Origin: a virus
Virus record (IMG/VR): IMGVR_UViG_3300042195_000059
Location: 805-64,804 of that record
Strand: one strand, 5' to 3'
Length of the DNA: 64,000 bases
Shown here: positions 1 through 9,095 of the stretch, piece after piece
How positions within the stretch are numbered: the first letter of the stretch is position 1
Layout of the letters: every line of letters begins with the position of its first letter
Notes under the pieces: generated by a model
The model's database searches: none
Told to the model about the DNA's origin: nothing
The model's input: the letters and a program-made list of their open reading frames with translations, nothing else
Made by a program: the position numbers and the translations under genes

Positions 1-538
1 TGCGCTCCGTAAGCGCCTGGTTCGCGGTCGTCCCGTATGCACTCAGATAATTCTGGTCATAGGCCGACTGCCGGTTCTGCGAATGCTCCTGCATCGCGCG
101 GGTGTAGGCTTCCGTTCCCGGATTGACACCCTGATTGGTGAGCTGCGTTTCAAGCGCTGCTTGCTGGCGGTCCCACTGCGGGTTCAAGAAAGTGTCTTGA
201 ATATCCGTCAGTTTCTTGGCCTGCGATGCTTCAAAGTTGAACGGTTGGCCCATCGTGCCGGCAACGTTATCAGCTTGCGTATTGCCGATCCCGCCGAGCT
301 TGCCAGACAGTGACATATACTGATCGTAAAGCGCCTGATTCTCCGGCGAAAGCGTTTGCGTCGCTGTGTATTGCGGCGTCCCAGATGCGCTCGTTCCGGT
401 TTGCTCATAGCTTAATGAGCCATAGGGCGTGTTCTGGTTCACCATATTCAACTCTTGCTGAGTTGTTGCGGTGGCTTTATTCATTTGGGTTTGCGCGGCG
501 GCTGTGGCTTCTGGCGATGGGGCCTTGGGTGTCTTCAT
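1..538 (-). CDS. virion-module protein, N-terminal fragment (ORF open to left window edge)
   Basis: ATG at 538 (minus strand) followed by 179 sense codons with no stop down to nt 2 (MKTPKAPSPEATAAAQTQMNKATATTQQELNMVNQNTPYGSLSYEQTG...). It is missing from the ORF track only because it has no stop inside the window. Q/N/T-rich composition resembles phage ejection or internal proteins. Confidence 0.6.
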   Translation of the reverse strand, partial: MKTPKAPSPEATAAAQTQMNKATATTQQELNMVNQNTPYGSLSYEQTGTSASGTPQYTATQTLSPENQALYDQYMSLSGKLGGIGNTQADNVAGTMGQPFNFEASQAKKLTDIQDTFLNPQWDRQQAALETQLTNQGVNPGTEAYTRAMQEHSQNRQSAYDQNYLSAYGTTANQALTER

Positions 539-609
539 CTTCGTTGTTTAATTCCTATTGCGCATACTTCGCAAATCAGGTAATCCCCTTCCTAGAAGGG
601 AGAACTTAC

Positions 610-1473
610 ATGACAGACGAAGAAAGATTTTGGGCAAAAGTAGCAAAAGCTGGTCCAGATGATTGCTGGCCGTGGACGGGGCATACTCATCCGAGAGGAT
701 ACGGAATTTTCTGGCTTGACGGCAAAAATGTCAGAGCGAACCGATACGCCTTGGAGCAAGTTGAAGGGCCGCCGCCGTTCGAAGGCGCGATGTCCCTTCA
801 CTCTTGCGATAATCCTCCATGCTGCAATCCAGGACACCTTCGCTGGGGAACGGGAGCGCAAAACTATAACGATATAGTCTTACGGCGAGGACCGATCAGG
901 GGCGAAGCTTCAGCAAGCGCCACTGTCACCAATGAGATCGTTGCAACGATCTATAAAATGCGCCTTGACGGATACATCATCACGGAGATTGCCGCAGAGC
1001 TAGGCATTCCAGAGACGACGGTCGAAAACATCTATGTGGGCAAGGCGTGGCCGCATCTTCTTGGCGTTGACGGAAACCCGACCCTCGAAGAACTCAAGGC
1101 GAAGAGGAAGCGCAAAAACCCTAAGCGCGCTCACAATCTGGTTGTCACTGACGACATTGCCGACGACATTCTTCGTTCCCGCATGGCTGGCGAATCCATC
1201 TCCGCTATCGCGACGCGCCTTGACCTGCCGCGCGGCACCATATCTCCAGTCTACTGCGGCCTCTCGTGCAAGCACAGACTTGGCGTGGATGGCAATCCAA
1301 CATTCGACGAGCTACGAACGGTTCAGGCTCCCAATCCAAAATACAAGCTAACAGAAGACGACATTATCGAAATCAGATCCCATCTAGGCAATGGTGTGGT
1401 TGGCGCTGATCTGGCGCGCCGATATGGTGTTAGTCGTGCCACTATTGCGAACATCAAGAGCGGGAAGAGGTAA
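610..1473 (+). CDS. HNH homing-type endonuclease with three C-terminal HTH repeats
   Basis: Track ORF 310..1473 trimmed to ATG 610, which is preceded by GAAGGGAGA. HNH motif HSCDNPPCCNPGHLRWGTGAQNYND. Three ~50-aa HTH-like repeats, two of them ending LGVDGNPT(L/F)(E/D)EL. It is the only plus-strand gene in a minus-strand virion block. Confidence 0.8.
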   Translation: MTDEERFWAKVAKAGPDDCWPWTGHTHPRGYGIFWLDGKNVRANRYALEQVEGPPPFEGAMSLHSCDNPPCCNPGHLRWGTGAQNYNDIVLRRGPIRGEASASATVTNEIVATIYKMRLDGYIITEIAAELGIPETTVENIYVGKAWPHLLGVDGNPTLEELKAKRKRKNPKRAHNLVVTDDIADDILRSRMAGESISAIATRLDLPRGTISPVYCGLSCKHRLGVDGNPTFDELRTVQAPNPKYKLTEDDIIEIRSHLGNGVVGADLARRYGVSRATIANIKSGKR

Positions 1474-1878
1474 CCACTTCCTAGCTTGATCGGGAAACAG
1501 GGCGTAGACGAAAGCATCGTCCCGCTTGAGGGGGCCGTAATAACGGCGCTGAACGCATTCGAACTTGAAGCCGAGCCGCGTGATCAGGTCACGCATGGTC
1601 TTGTTGTCGCGCCGGGTTGATGCGGTTACTCTGATGCAACCGAGATCGACGAACAGATGTGCGTAGCAAGCGCGGATGGTGCGGCGCGTCATCGCGCCCG
1701 GCGCATAGATCGTCAGATCGGCGTTGAAGCCGTTATAGCCTCCGACAACCCAGCCGCCGACAAGTTCTCCGGCATCGTTCAATATGCCGATTGCCCCGAA
1801 TGGAGGAACGATTTCCTGCCCGAGGCATGACCCGATCCATCTTCCGACTTCGGCGTCACACCCGACCAGTAACCGCAT
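1384..1878 (-). CDS. GNAT-family acetyltransferase-like protein
   Basis: 164-aa ORF. The C-terminal core ...TASTRRDNKTMRDLITRLGFKFECVQRRYYG resembles the GNAT motif A/B region. The last 30 codons overlap the convergent HNH gene. Confidence 0.5.
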   Translation of the reverse strand: MRLLVGCDAEVGRWIGSCLGQEIVPPFGAIGILNDAGELVGGWVVGGYNGFNADLTIYAPGAMTRRTIRACYAHLFVDLGCIRVTASTRRDNKTMRDLITRLGFKFECVQRRYYGPLKRDDAFVYALFPDQARKWLPLPALDVRNSGTTNTISARQISANHTIA

Positions 1879-3461
1879 CAGATAAAGGCTCCGGACTCCA
1901 TCAAGACATCAAAACCATTCACGCGCAGTGTCGGGGCCAGATCCGCGCCGCCAACTGAAAGCACGCTGACTTTGCCCCGGATCGAGGCGCAATACCCTAT
2001 GCCCGCAACGGTCGTCCAGTCCGCTATCGTCCGTTCCTCTTCCGGCCATACGTCTACGTCCCATACGGCTTCATCCCACTGAGCGCCCGGCGTTATGCTG
2101 CTGTCGGGGACGGATAGCGGGGCGTCGTCGCGAAAGTCCGTATTGAATGCGATGCCAAGCGAGACCTGCCCGTCCGTCGTCAGGATCGGGCGACACATGA
2201 CCCAGCGTTTCAGGTTGCCGCGCTGCTCGAAATAGTTGAAAGCCGTCTTGAACTCTGCCTCGATAGCCGAACCGTCGTCGGTCCCGCCTGTGTCAGCCTC
2301 GTAGACAATCCCGGCATTGCCGCCAAAGAACAGCCTGTCCTTGAACACCTCCCAGCAATTAGCCTCCTGGCCGAGGAACCGGCACCACGCGCCAGTCACG
2401 GTGTTCATGACATATTGCTGCTGCGATGCGTTAGCGGCGGCCGGAACGTTCAATATGGCGCGTGTTCCACGTGGATAGCTGATGAGCTGCCAGCCGAAAT
2501 TGTCCGCCCAGTTGCGCGCCGCCTGGTTCATGGTGGGCTGAATATTTGCCGTCAGGGAGACGCTGATCGCCGCGCCGCGCTCGATGACCAGAGCGCGGCT
2601 GATCGGCAGGACGCCGTCGATCGATATGATGACGAGATCCGCGCCAACCCGCGTAAAACACCGCATCCCGATCGGTGGCCCGATCTGGAATACGCCTTTC
2701 AGTTGCCATGTCGCAGCGCTGTCCGGATCGATGCCGGAATAAATCGCCACTTGCCCCTTGGAGGAAACGAACGCTGCATAGTCCTCCGGCCCGTCGCCGC
2801 CGTCGATCGACCATGTTCCCATCGCAACGAGATAGCCGCCCAGCGAGAACAGCTTGCCAAGATCGAAGGTTGTTGCATCCCCCTGAATGGAGTTTGTCGG
2901 AAGGTATGCGGCCTTTGTCGAATCTGCGAGAACGAACCACAGGCGGTTTTTATGCACGTTGATGTTGACGATTTCGGAACTTGTGATGCCGGTGATCGTC
3001 GGCGTTGCCCAGCTCGTGCCGTTGTAATATCTTGGCGCATCGGCTCCATTGCACACCCAGAGGAACTTGCCGCCGGTCGTGGTGAAGTTCACATGCTGGA
3101 AGCGGGCATTCGTCAGGGACGTGACATCAGCCGATGGCGTGTCCGTCGTCACATCATAGATCGTATCGTTCGCGGCGGCAAACAATGCATCGCCAGCGGC
3201 GGTATCGCCATGATACGCCATGAGGCTTTCAACAGGCGTCGTCTCGGTCGTGTCGCTGTGCTCGATGAACCCGTTACGGGTTTCGATATAGCCCGGCTGG
3301 GGAAACCAGTTGTCGATCTGGATCGCACGATCCGGGGCCATGTTTGCAAGAGGCGATATTGAATCCCAGCCCCCGGTCGGAGGCGGGACCGATGCACCGC
3401 GCGCGACAACACCGCCGCCGCCGGTTCGCCGCTTGCGTTGAAGAACTGCCGTCAGTCGCAT
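1878..3461 (-). CDS. virion structural protein (527 aa)
   Basis: Track ORF 1878..3650 trimmed to ATG 3461, which overlaps the upstream stop by 1 nt (TGATG). Assigned by its position in the structural operon. Confidence 0.6.
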   Translation of the reverse strand: MRLTAVLQRKRRTGGGGVVARGASVPPPTGGWDSISPLANMAPDRAIQIDNWFPQPGYIETRNGFIEHSDTTETTPVESLMAYHGDTAAGDALFAAANDTIYDVTTDTPSADVTSLTNARFQHVNFTTTGGKFLWVCNGADAPRYYNGTSWATPTITGITSSEIVNINVHKNRLWFVLADSTKAAYLPTNSIQGDATTFDLGKLFSLGGYLVAMGTWSIDGGDGPEDYAAFVSSKGQVAIYSGIDPDSAATWQLKGVFQIGPPIGMRCFTRVGADLVIISIDGVLPISRALVIERGAAISVSLTANIQPTMNQAARNWADNFGWQLISYPRGTRAILNVPAAANASQQQYVMNTVTGAWCRFLGQEANCWEVFKDRLFFGGNAGIVYEADTGGTDDGSAIEAEFKTAFNYFEQRGNLKRWVMCRPILTTDGQVSLGIAFNTDFRDDAPLSVPDSSITPGAQWDEAVWDVDVWPEEERTIADWTTVAGIGYCASIRGKVSVLSVGGADLAPTLRVNGFDVLMESGAFI

Positions 3462-4396
3462 CAGCTTGATGGCCCGGGGAAGTTGCCGTCCTGAATGTGG
3501 CCGGTGCTGATCAGGAACGAACGGGACTGCTTGCGGGACAGGGAAAGCGTCTTCTGGCCGCCGTCTCTGGCTTTCTCGCGGTTTACCCAATCGATATATT
3601 CCGCTTGAATATCGGCATAGGCGAAGCCCTTGATCTGCCAGAAGCGCCACTTGATGCCAAGCTGAAGCAGTCCGTCAGGGAAGACAACCTCGTCATCGTT
3701 CGCCGTCAGCTTGTTGGCAAATGTGCCATCAGCTTTCGAAACCCAGCCGTTCGAGATATATTCCCAGACAAGGGTGCCGGGATAATCTCCTGACGCCACG
3801 GGCGGCGGCCAGATCCGGAACGCGGTCGGCCGTCTGCCGACCTGCCGCCATTTACGCCGGGGGCCGAACGGAACGATGCCGGAGCGTTGCCACTGATCGA
3901 CCTGCGGGGATTGCGGACCGACAAGCTCCCATTGAAAACGCCGATCCCAGTGGGTCTGATCGATATAACGATCAAAGTCTGTCGGGATGTCGAACGTGTC
4001 TTTGGTGAAGGTGAGATCCACCGCCGTGCCGGTTTCGTCCACCTCCTGCGTCAACGTCACCTGTGTCGAACTATCGACAGAAGCGATCCGGGTGGCTTCC
4101 TGAATGCCTTCACCCGACACCGCATAGGCTGTTGACAGCCCGGTGGTATCCGAAATCCCCGTCACGACGCGAGAGCCTGCCGTGGTATTGCCGGCAAGTT
4201 CAGTCGGCCCCCCGAACTCGATTACATATTCGGTTTGCAGACCTGTCCAGTCAACGGCTTTCATCAGTTCGTTGCCGTCGCGATTTGCGAGAGCGACAAG
4301 CTGACGGGTTTGCAATTCCGTTGCCGTGACGGCAGAGGGGCGGACGAGACCAAGCTCGTCCGCGACCTCTTGAAGGATTTCGATGAATGTGGGCAT
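3461..4396 (-). CDS. virion structural protein (311 aa)
   Basis: Long ORF tightly packed in the structural operon. No motif recognised. Confidence 0.6.
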   Translation of the reverse strand: MPTFIEILQEVADELGLVRPSAVTATELQTRQLVALANRDGNELMKAVDWTGLQTEYVIEFGGPTELAGNTTAGSRVVTGISDTTGLSTAYAVSGEGIQEATRIASVDSSTQVTLTQEVDETGTAVDLTFTKDTFDIPTDFDRYIDQTHWDRRFQWELVGPQSPQVDQWQRSGIVPFGPRRKWRQVGRRPTAFRIWPPPVASGDYPGTLVWEYISNGWVSKADGTFANKLTANDDEVVFPDGLLQLGIKWRFWQIKGFAYADIQAEYIDWVNREKARDGGQKTLSLSRKQSRSFLISTGHIQDGNFPGPSS

Positions 4397-4397
4397 A

Positions 4398-4787
4398 TTA
4401 GCCGACAGTCCGCCAATTGGTAGCAGTCATCTTACGAAGGCGGATACCAGAATTTGCACTGGACCCAGCCGCAGTGATATCCAAATGCGCGTTTGCCGTC
4501 CCATTGTTGATCGTTCCGCCACTTTGTGGGAACACGCGTACAGCGTTTGAGCCGTCGAGATTGTAAACCTCGATCTCATCACCCAAGCCAGCGGCGCTAG
4601 GAAGCGTGACGGCCCCATTCGAACCCGCCGGAGTAGCCAGAACCGCTTTATTGCCGTCGCCCTTGAGAAGGCCGCCCGCGCTTCCCTGTGTGGCAGCGGT
4701 CGTCGTAACGCTGACGATAGTTACGCCAGTGCGCTTCGCCACCTCGTCCGGCACTCCAACTCCCATCAATCCACTTGCTGTCGCCAT
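4398..4787 (-). CDS. small virion-module protein (129 aa, Gly/Ala/Thr-rich)
   Basis: ORF track; tight packing within the structural operon. Confidence 0.5.
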   Translation of the reverse strand: MATASGLMGVGVPDEVAKRTGVTIVSVTTTAATQGSAGGLLKGDGNKAVLATPAGSNGAVTLPSAAGLGDEIEVYNLDGSNAVRVFPQSGGTINNGTANAHLDITAAGSSANSGIRLRKMTATNWRTVG

Positions 4788-4791
4788 AATA

Positions 4792-5415
4792 TCAAGTCTC
4801 CTCTTGCGCGCCGCGTCGGCCGCGTTTTGGTTTGTCGCTGTCCAACTCGTTTACGCGCTGCTCAAGCTTCGATACGATATCGCTCAGCTTGGCGATTTCA
4901 TTGTCCTTGGCGTCGAGCTTCGACTGAAACTCGTGGTAGTCCTTGCCTTTTTCGGCTGAATCCAGATAGCCTTGCGCCATCACCTGCCATTGCGATGCGC
5001 CAAGTCCGAGGTTCTGCAATTGCCCAGTGCCCAGCGTCGCCAGTTGCTCGATGGTCAGCACATGCATGAACTCCAGCGTCTTGACAGCGCCGGGATTGTG
5101 CGGGAACAGGACAGACAGCGGCGTGCCGTCGATCTTCTGCTGCTGCTTGGCTTCGAACGCCGCCCATTGCTGGGGAAAGCGTTGCTTGTCATCCGGACGG
5201 ACGCGGCGATCGCGCGTATCCTTCTCACCGGGTTGAATGATCGAGATATACGGGACCGATTCATAAATCGGGCGTCCCGCTTCCTGTGAGGCGGCCTTGC
5301 GCTGTTCCGGAAACATGTAGAATCTGGCCATCGCACGGTCCTGGAACTGAACGCGCTGGCCATTCTGGAATGACTTGTCGAAAGTCATCGGCAGGTTGGG
5401 GATTTCGGCTTCCAT
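4792..5415 (-). CDS. virion-module protein with C-terminal coiled coil (207 aa)
   Basis: ORF track. C-terminal segment KLDAKDNEIAKLSDIVSKLEQRVNELD has a heptad-like pattern. Confidence 0.5.
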   Translation of the reverse strand: MEAEIPNLPMTFDKSFQNGQRVQFQDRAMARFYMFPEQRKAASQEAGRPIYESVPYISIIQPGEKDTRDRRVRPDDKQRFPQQWAAFEAKQQQKIDGTPLSVLFPHNPGAVKTLEFMHVLTIEQLATLGTGQLQNLGLGASQWQVMAQGYLDSAEKGKDYHEFQSKLDAKDNEIAKLSDIVSKLEQRVNELDSDKPKRGRRGAQEET

Positions 5416-5442
5416 GATATTACCTTTTTGATCAGGCTGGGG

Positions 5443-6990
5443 TTAATTCCAGAACTCGGCCACCCACGGCAGGCGAGCCTGAACGTCCGCGTCACGCGGA
5501 TTGAATTTGCCGTGGAAATTGATGATGCGAGCATGCGCGGGCAGTTTGGTGCTACTGGGATGTGCAGCTTCGAGCGTGTCCGCTTTCAGAATGTCACGCT
5601 TGAACGACAAAACGCCATCAGCGGGCGTCCACACGGGCTGTGACGGCAGAACTTCGCTGATCCATGCCTGATCATAGCCGCTGAATTTGCCCGACGTGCG
5701 TAGCGCCAGCGCCTTCTCGGCATCAAACGTGTCGAGTACGTGCGGGAATGCTCCGGCGTTCATCTGGAAGACGGATGTGCAATACTGTCTTGGCCTGAAC
5801 GGATCTCGCCAGGCCTTGAACGGCGCGTCATGATCGAATAGCGGATCAAGCTTGTTGCAGATCACAACATCCAAGTCAGTGCAGGCAAAACGAGGGCCGA
5901 TGATGTCAGCCATTTCCGGCGCGAACAGTTTCAGGCGGTGCCAGTCCCGGCCATGCTCGAAATGATCGCGCCACATCGGCACGATGCGGATACTGCCGTC
6001 GATGCCTTCTGGATCGTCCGTGACGCAAACGAGTTCGCATGGCATGTCCAGCCAGCGGTCAACCATCCGCGCCCAGATATTCACGTCATTGGCATCATAG
6101 GCGATGTGTCCCTTCCACTTGAAGGTCACGACGCGAAGCTTATCAACCGCTCTCGCAGTCGATGGTTTTGGCGGTGTAGAAACAGTCTTTTCAGCTTCCG
6201 GCGGCGTCTCCAACCGCGCCTTGATCATTGCAGGAAGCAGCCCGTCGCCGAATATCTCGATGTCGATCCCAAAGCCGCGGAACAATTCATAGCGGCCAAA
6301 AAACGTTTCCGCGTGATGCGCCATTGTCGGCGTGGCGATGTACTTGAGACCCCTGAACCGGAATTCCCGGACTTCCTCGTCAAGGTTCTGCTTCTGGGTG
6401 AAAGCGTGCTTGTCGTCGCCGCGCATCGAGCCGTCATAGCCGAACAGATGCCATATGCGATAACCCTTCGCGAGGATTGGACCGAGGCATGATTGGCCGA
6501 CATTGTAGGCACCGCCGAAGATCGTGGCGCGCGGTGCCTGCTCGCGGATTGCCGCGGCCGCTCCTTCGTAATTATCGACCTGCCAGATCTCGACCTTGCG
6601 CCCCTCAAGGGCTTCGAAGATTTCCGGCTGACACTGAGAGCCGACGACATAGGTGGTATGGTCGTTCGCCTTGTCGAGAAACGACAGGTTTCCGGTTCGC
6701 GCATCGATCTGGAAATAGTAGTCCGGCACGATGCCGTGATCGATCAGGAAATTATGGCTCCCGTTCATCGAGGCAACGGAGAACCCGGCTTCCTGCCGCG
6801 CGCGGATATCGTCGATGTGATCGGCGAGCGACGGCCCGGAGGCGCAAATGCAAATGCTCTTGAATTCGACCTGCGGAAGGGGTCTGCCTGCATTCCGGCG
6901 GATGTTGTCGCACACCAGATCCGACGTTACATTGATGCCGTGAACGAATTTTGCTTCCGCCCACTTTTCTACGCCTTCGACGCTATCCAT
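5443..6990 (-). CDS. two-domain enzyme: DUF115/MptE (Maf-like) N-terminal domain plus GT-A-like glycosyltransferase C-terminal domain
   Basis: N-terminal ~270 aa carry ICASGPSL ... GGAYNVGQS ... LFGYDGS, the pattern of the MAF_flag10/DUF115 fold. A Pro-rich linker (TPPEAEKTVSTPPKPS) follows. The C-terminal ~220 aa contain a DXD-like TDLDVV. Confidence 0.7.
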   Translation of the reverse strand: MDSVEGVEKWAEAKFVHGINVTSDLVCDNIRRNAGRPLPQVEFKSICICASGPSLADHIDDIRARQEAGFSVASMNGSHNFLIDHGIVPDYYFQIDARTGNLSFLDKANDHTTYVVGSQCQPEIFEALEGRKVEIWQVDNYEGAAAAIREQAPRATIFGGAYNVGQSCLGPILAKGYRIWHLFGYDGSMRGDDKHAFTQKQNLDEEVREFRFRGLKYIATPTMAHHAETFFGRYELFRGFGIDIEIFGDGLLPAMIKARLETPPEAEKTVSTPPKPSTARAVDKLRVVTFKWKGHIAYDANDVNIWARMVDRWLDMPCELVCVTDDPEGIDGSIRIVPMWRDHFEHGRDWHRLKLFAPEMADIIGPRFACTDLDVVICNKLDPLFDHDAPFKAWRDPFRPRQYCTSVFQMNAGAFPHVLDTFDAEKALALRTSGKFSGYDQAWISEVLPSQPVWTPADGVLSFKRDILKADTLEAAHPSSTKLPAHARIINFHGKFNPRDADVQARLPWVAEFWN

Positions 6991-7484
6991 ACAGTGTCCT
7001 CAAATAGCTTTTTTTCCGGGAAAAATTCATTGACGGCGGCAACCACGCTGGGGAACTTCCGCAGGTCGTAGTCGTGACCGGTGACGAACCCGCCGGGCCT
7101 GACCTTGGGGGACCATGCGGCGATGTCTTCTGCGCATTCTTCCTGCGAGTGGCCGGCATCGATGAACACGAAGTCGAGCGATGCGTCATCGACCAAATCG
7201 GCGGCTTCGACGGAGGGTTTTTCGATCAGGCGGATTCTGTCGTCAAACGCCGCAGCCACACGCATGAACGCTGCTTTGTTGCCGTCTTGCTGCTCGCGGC
7301 TCCATTGTGTGCCCATCCACGTCAGATAGCCTTCCGGCCAGTAATCGACTGCTGTAAGGTGCAAGTTCGGAATGGCGCTGAGAAGTCCATTCGTGAAACG
7401 GCCCTCGGCAACGCCGATTTCCGCACCACTTTCCAGGCCATGCTCTTCGCACAGCCTGGAAAGAACTTCCCAGCGCCAGACCAT
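6969..7484 (-). CDS. class I SAM-dependent methyltransferase
   Basis: Motifs GAEIGVAEG and FVFIDAGHSQEECAEDIAAWSPKVRPGGFVTGHDY, typical of the Methyltransf_24 / O-methyltransferase type. Confidence 0.7.
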   Translation of the reverse strand: MVWRWEVLSRLCEEHGLESGAEIGVAEGRFTNGLLSAIPNLHLTAVDYWPEGYLTWMGTQWSREQQDGNKAAFMRVAAAFDDRIRLIEKPSVEAADLVDDASLDFVFIDAGHSQEECAEDIAAWSPKVRPGGFVTGHDYDLRKFPSVVAAVNEFFPEKKLFEDTVWIASKA

Positions 7485-8017
7485 TACGCGATAATGTTGG
7501 ACGGTCTGTTGTGGACCGTGAACTGCGGATAGGTGGCAATGATCGCTGTTGCTCCACCGCCCGAGGACGCAGACGCCACGGAACGGACGCCATCCACCAG
7601 AATCGGATCGCCAGTTGATGCAACTGCCGTCAGGACGCCAACGCTCGCAGATGTGTAAAGAGCATCGTTCGGGCCAACGGCGTCCTTGGTGAGAACTTGC
7701 AGGCCATGACCATGTACGGCGACCCAGCCATACTGATCCGTTGCGAATGCTACTTGTGCGGCACCGAACGAATTCGCCTGCAAGGCAAGGGTGGACGTGC
7801 AGGCCCGTGCCGTGAAGTCCTCGTCAATGCACACTGCCGCATATTGCGCCAATACACCGGACGATTTCACGAACACATAACGCTGGTCCTGCGTTGCCCG
7901 GACAGCCTGTCCGAGCGCAAACGGAAGTCCGGGGACCTCCGGATTTGTTGTGGTGTTTGGCGCGTCATAAACAGTGTCAAGCTTGACGCCAAGCTCACCG
8001 GAGACTACGAATGCCAT
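7484..8017 (-). CDS. capsid-associated protein (possible decoration protein)
   Basis: 177-aa ORF immediately downstream of the major capsid gene. The assignment rests on position only. Confidence 0.4.
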   Translation of the reverse strand: MAFVVSGELGVKLDTVYDAPNTTTNPEVPGLPFALGQAVRATQDQRYVFVKSSGVLAQYAAVCIDEDFTARACTSTLALQANSFGAAQVAFATDQYGWVAVHGHGLQVLTKDAVGPNDALYTSASVGVLTAVASTGDPILVDGVRSVASASSGGGATAIIATYPQFTVHNRPSNIIA

Positions 8018-8035
8018 TGTTTTATCTCCTTTGGC

Positions 8036-9061
8036 TTAGTCGTTGGTCAGAATGCCGTGGAACAGCATGCCTGATGCGGTCATGTTGCCTGCCCACCCGA
8101 TAAGTCTTATCATCGCATCTTGGTTCACCGAGAAGCGATCCGGATCGAGCGGGACCATGTTCCGCTGCGAATGGGGACGCCAATACAGGTAATCGGAGTT
8201 GATGAAGAACATCGTGCCCGATGGAGCGCCGCCAACCGCGCCGACGCCAGCAGCGCCGAAGGTGTTGCCGTCGTTCACCGAACCCTGGAACCCGCCGTCG
8301 AGAACCACATCCGCATCCATGAACTTCACGGACATGAATCCGGCCTTGGCCATGTCGCTCTTTTCGTCCGTGATGCGCGCGATCGCGTGCAGCGAACGAT
8401 TGTAGACTGACCATGCGGTATTGTCGGCGAGGATCAGGTCAACCCGATCCGGGCCGCGCATGGTGTTGGTCCACATGTTGAGCATGTACTCATAGATGTT
8501 CGACGGGCTGAGAGCCGCGCCGCCATCGGTGACTGCCCGGTAGGCATAGTTCTGCCAGAACTCCCAAGCAGAACGGTCGATGCCGCCAACGGTACCGGTA
8601 GTCGGAGAAGCATCGATCAGGGCCTGCAGGCCGGTGATCTGTCCCGTAAGGGAGCCGTCCGAATAGGCATCGTAGGCAAGACCGTTGCGGAAGGTACGCT
8701 CCGCATTCTCGACACGGCTTCCAAGCAGGTCGATGATCGCCTCGCGCCCGGAGTTCTGGAGAAGCTCCAGACCCGAGATGGAGACGGCCACGGCTGCCTG
8801 ACGGATGGGATATTCTGCCGCCGTGAAGACATCCGAAGGCTGGATGTTGAGCAGCTCATATCCGCTGTAACGCGAATAGGTGCTGTTATTGGCGTATTCG
8901 ATTTCCTGAACGATCGTGCGACCGCCAGAAAAAGGCTTCTGCTTGCCACGCGCTGACAGCCGGGTCAGGACTGCGTTATTGCGGGTGACAGAATCCGCTA
9001 ATTTGCCACTACGGTTCCGAAGTGTGGTAGTGACAATTTCGCTCAGATTGGGAGACACCAT
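8036..9061 (-). CDS. major capsid protein
   Basis: 341 aa, directly after the scaffold-like gene. The N-terminus MVSPNLSEIVTTTLRNRSGKLADSVTRNNAVL resembles coat proteins of P22-like/HK97-fold families as I recall them. Confidence 0.7.
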   Translation of the reverse strand: MVSPNLSEIVTTTLRNRSGKLADSVTRNNAVLTRLSARGKQKPFSGGRTIVQEIEYANNSTYSRYSGYELLNIQPSDVFTAAEYPIRQAAVAVSISGLELLQNSGREAIIDLLGSRVENAERTFRNGLAYDAYSDGSLTGQITGLQALIDASPTTGTVGGIDRSAWEFWQNYAYRAVTDGGAALSPSNIYEYMLNMWTNTMRGPDRVDLILADNTAWSVYNRSLHAIARITDEKSDMAKAGFMSVKFMDADVVLDGGFQGSVNDGNTFGAAGVGAVGGAPSGTMFFINSDYLYWRPHSQRNMVPLDPDRFSVNQDAMIRLIGWAGNMTASGMLFHGILTND

Positions 9062-9095
9062 CGTCTCTTTCTCCTATTGAATTGTCGGGAAGGGC

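Noticed and set aside
83-408. ORFs 83-313 (+) and 208-408 (-, Arg-rich)
   Set aside because: Both lie inside the better open-ended minus-strand ORF (538 to the window edge). Their compositions (RRNTQRRKRFRRRIRR) are typical of off-frame GC-rich translation.
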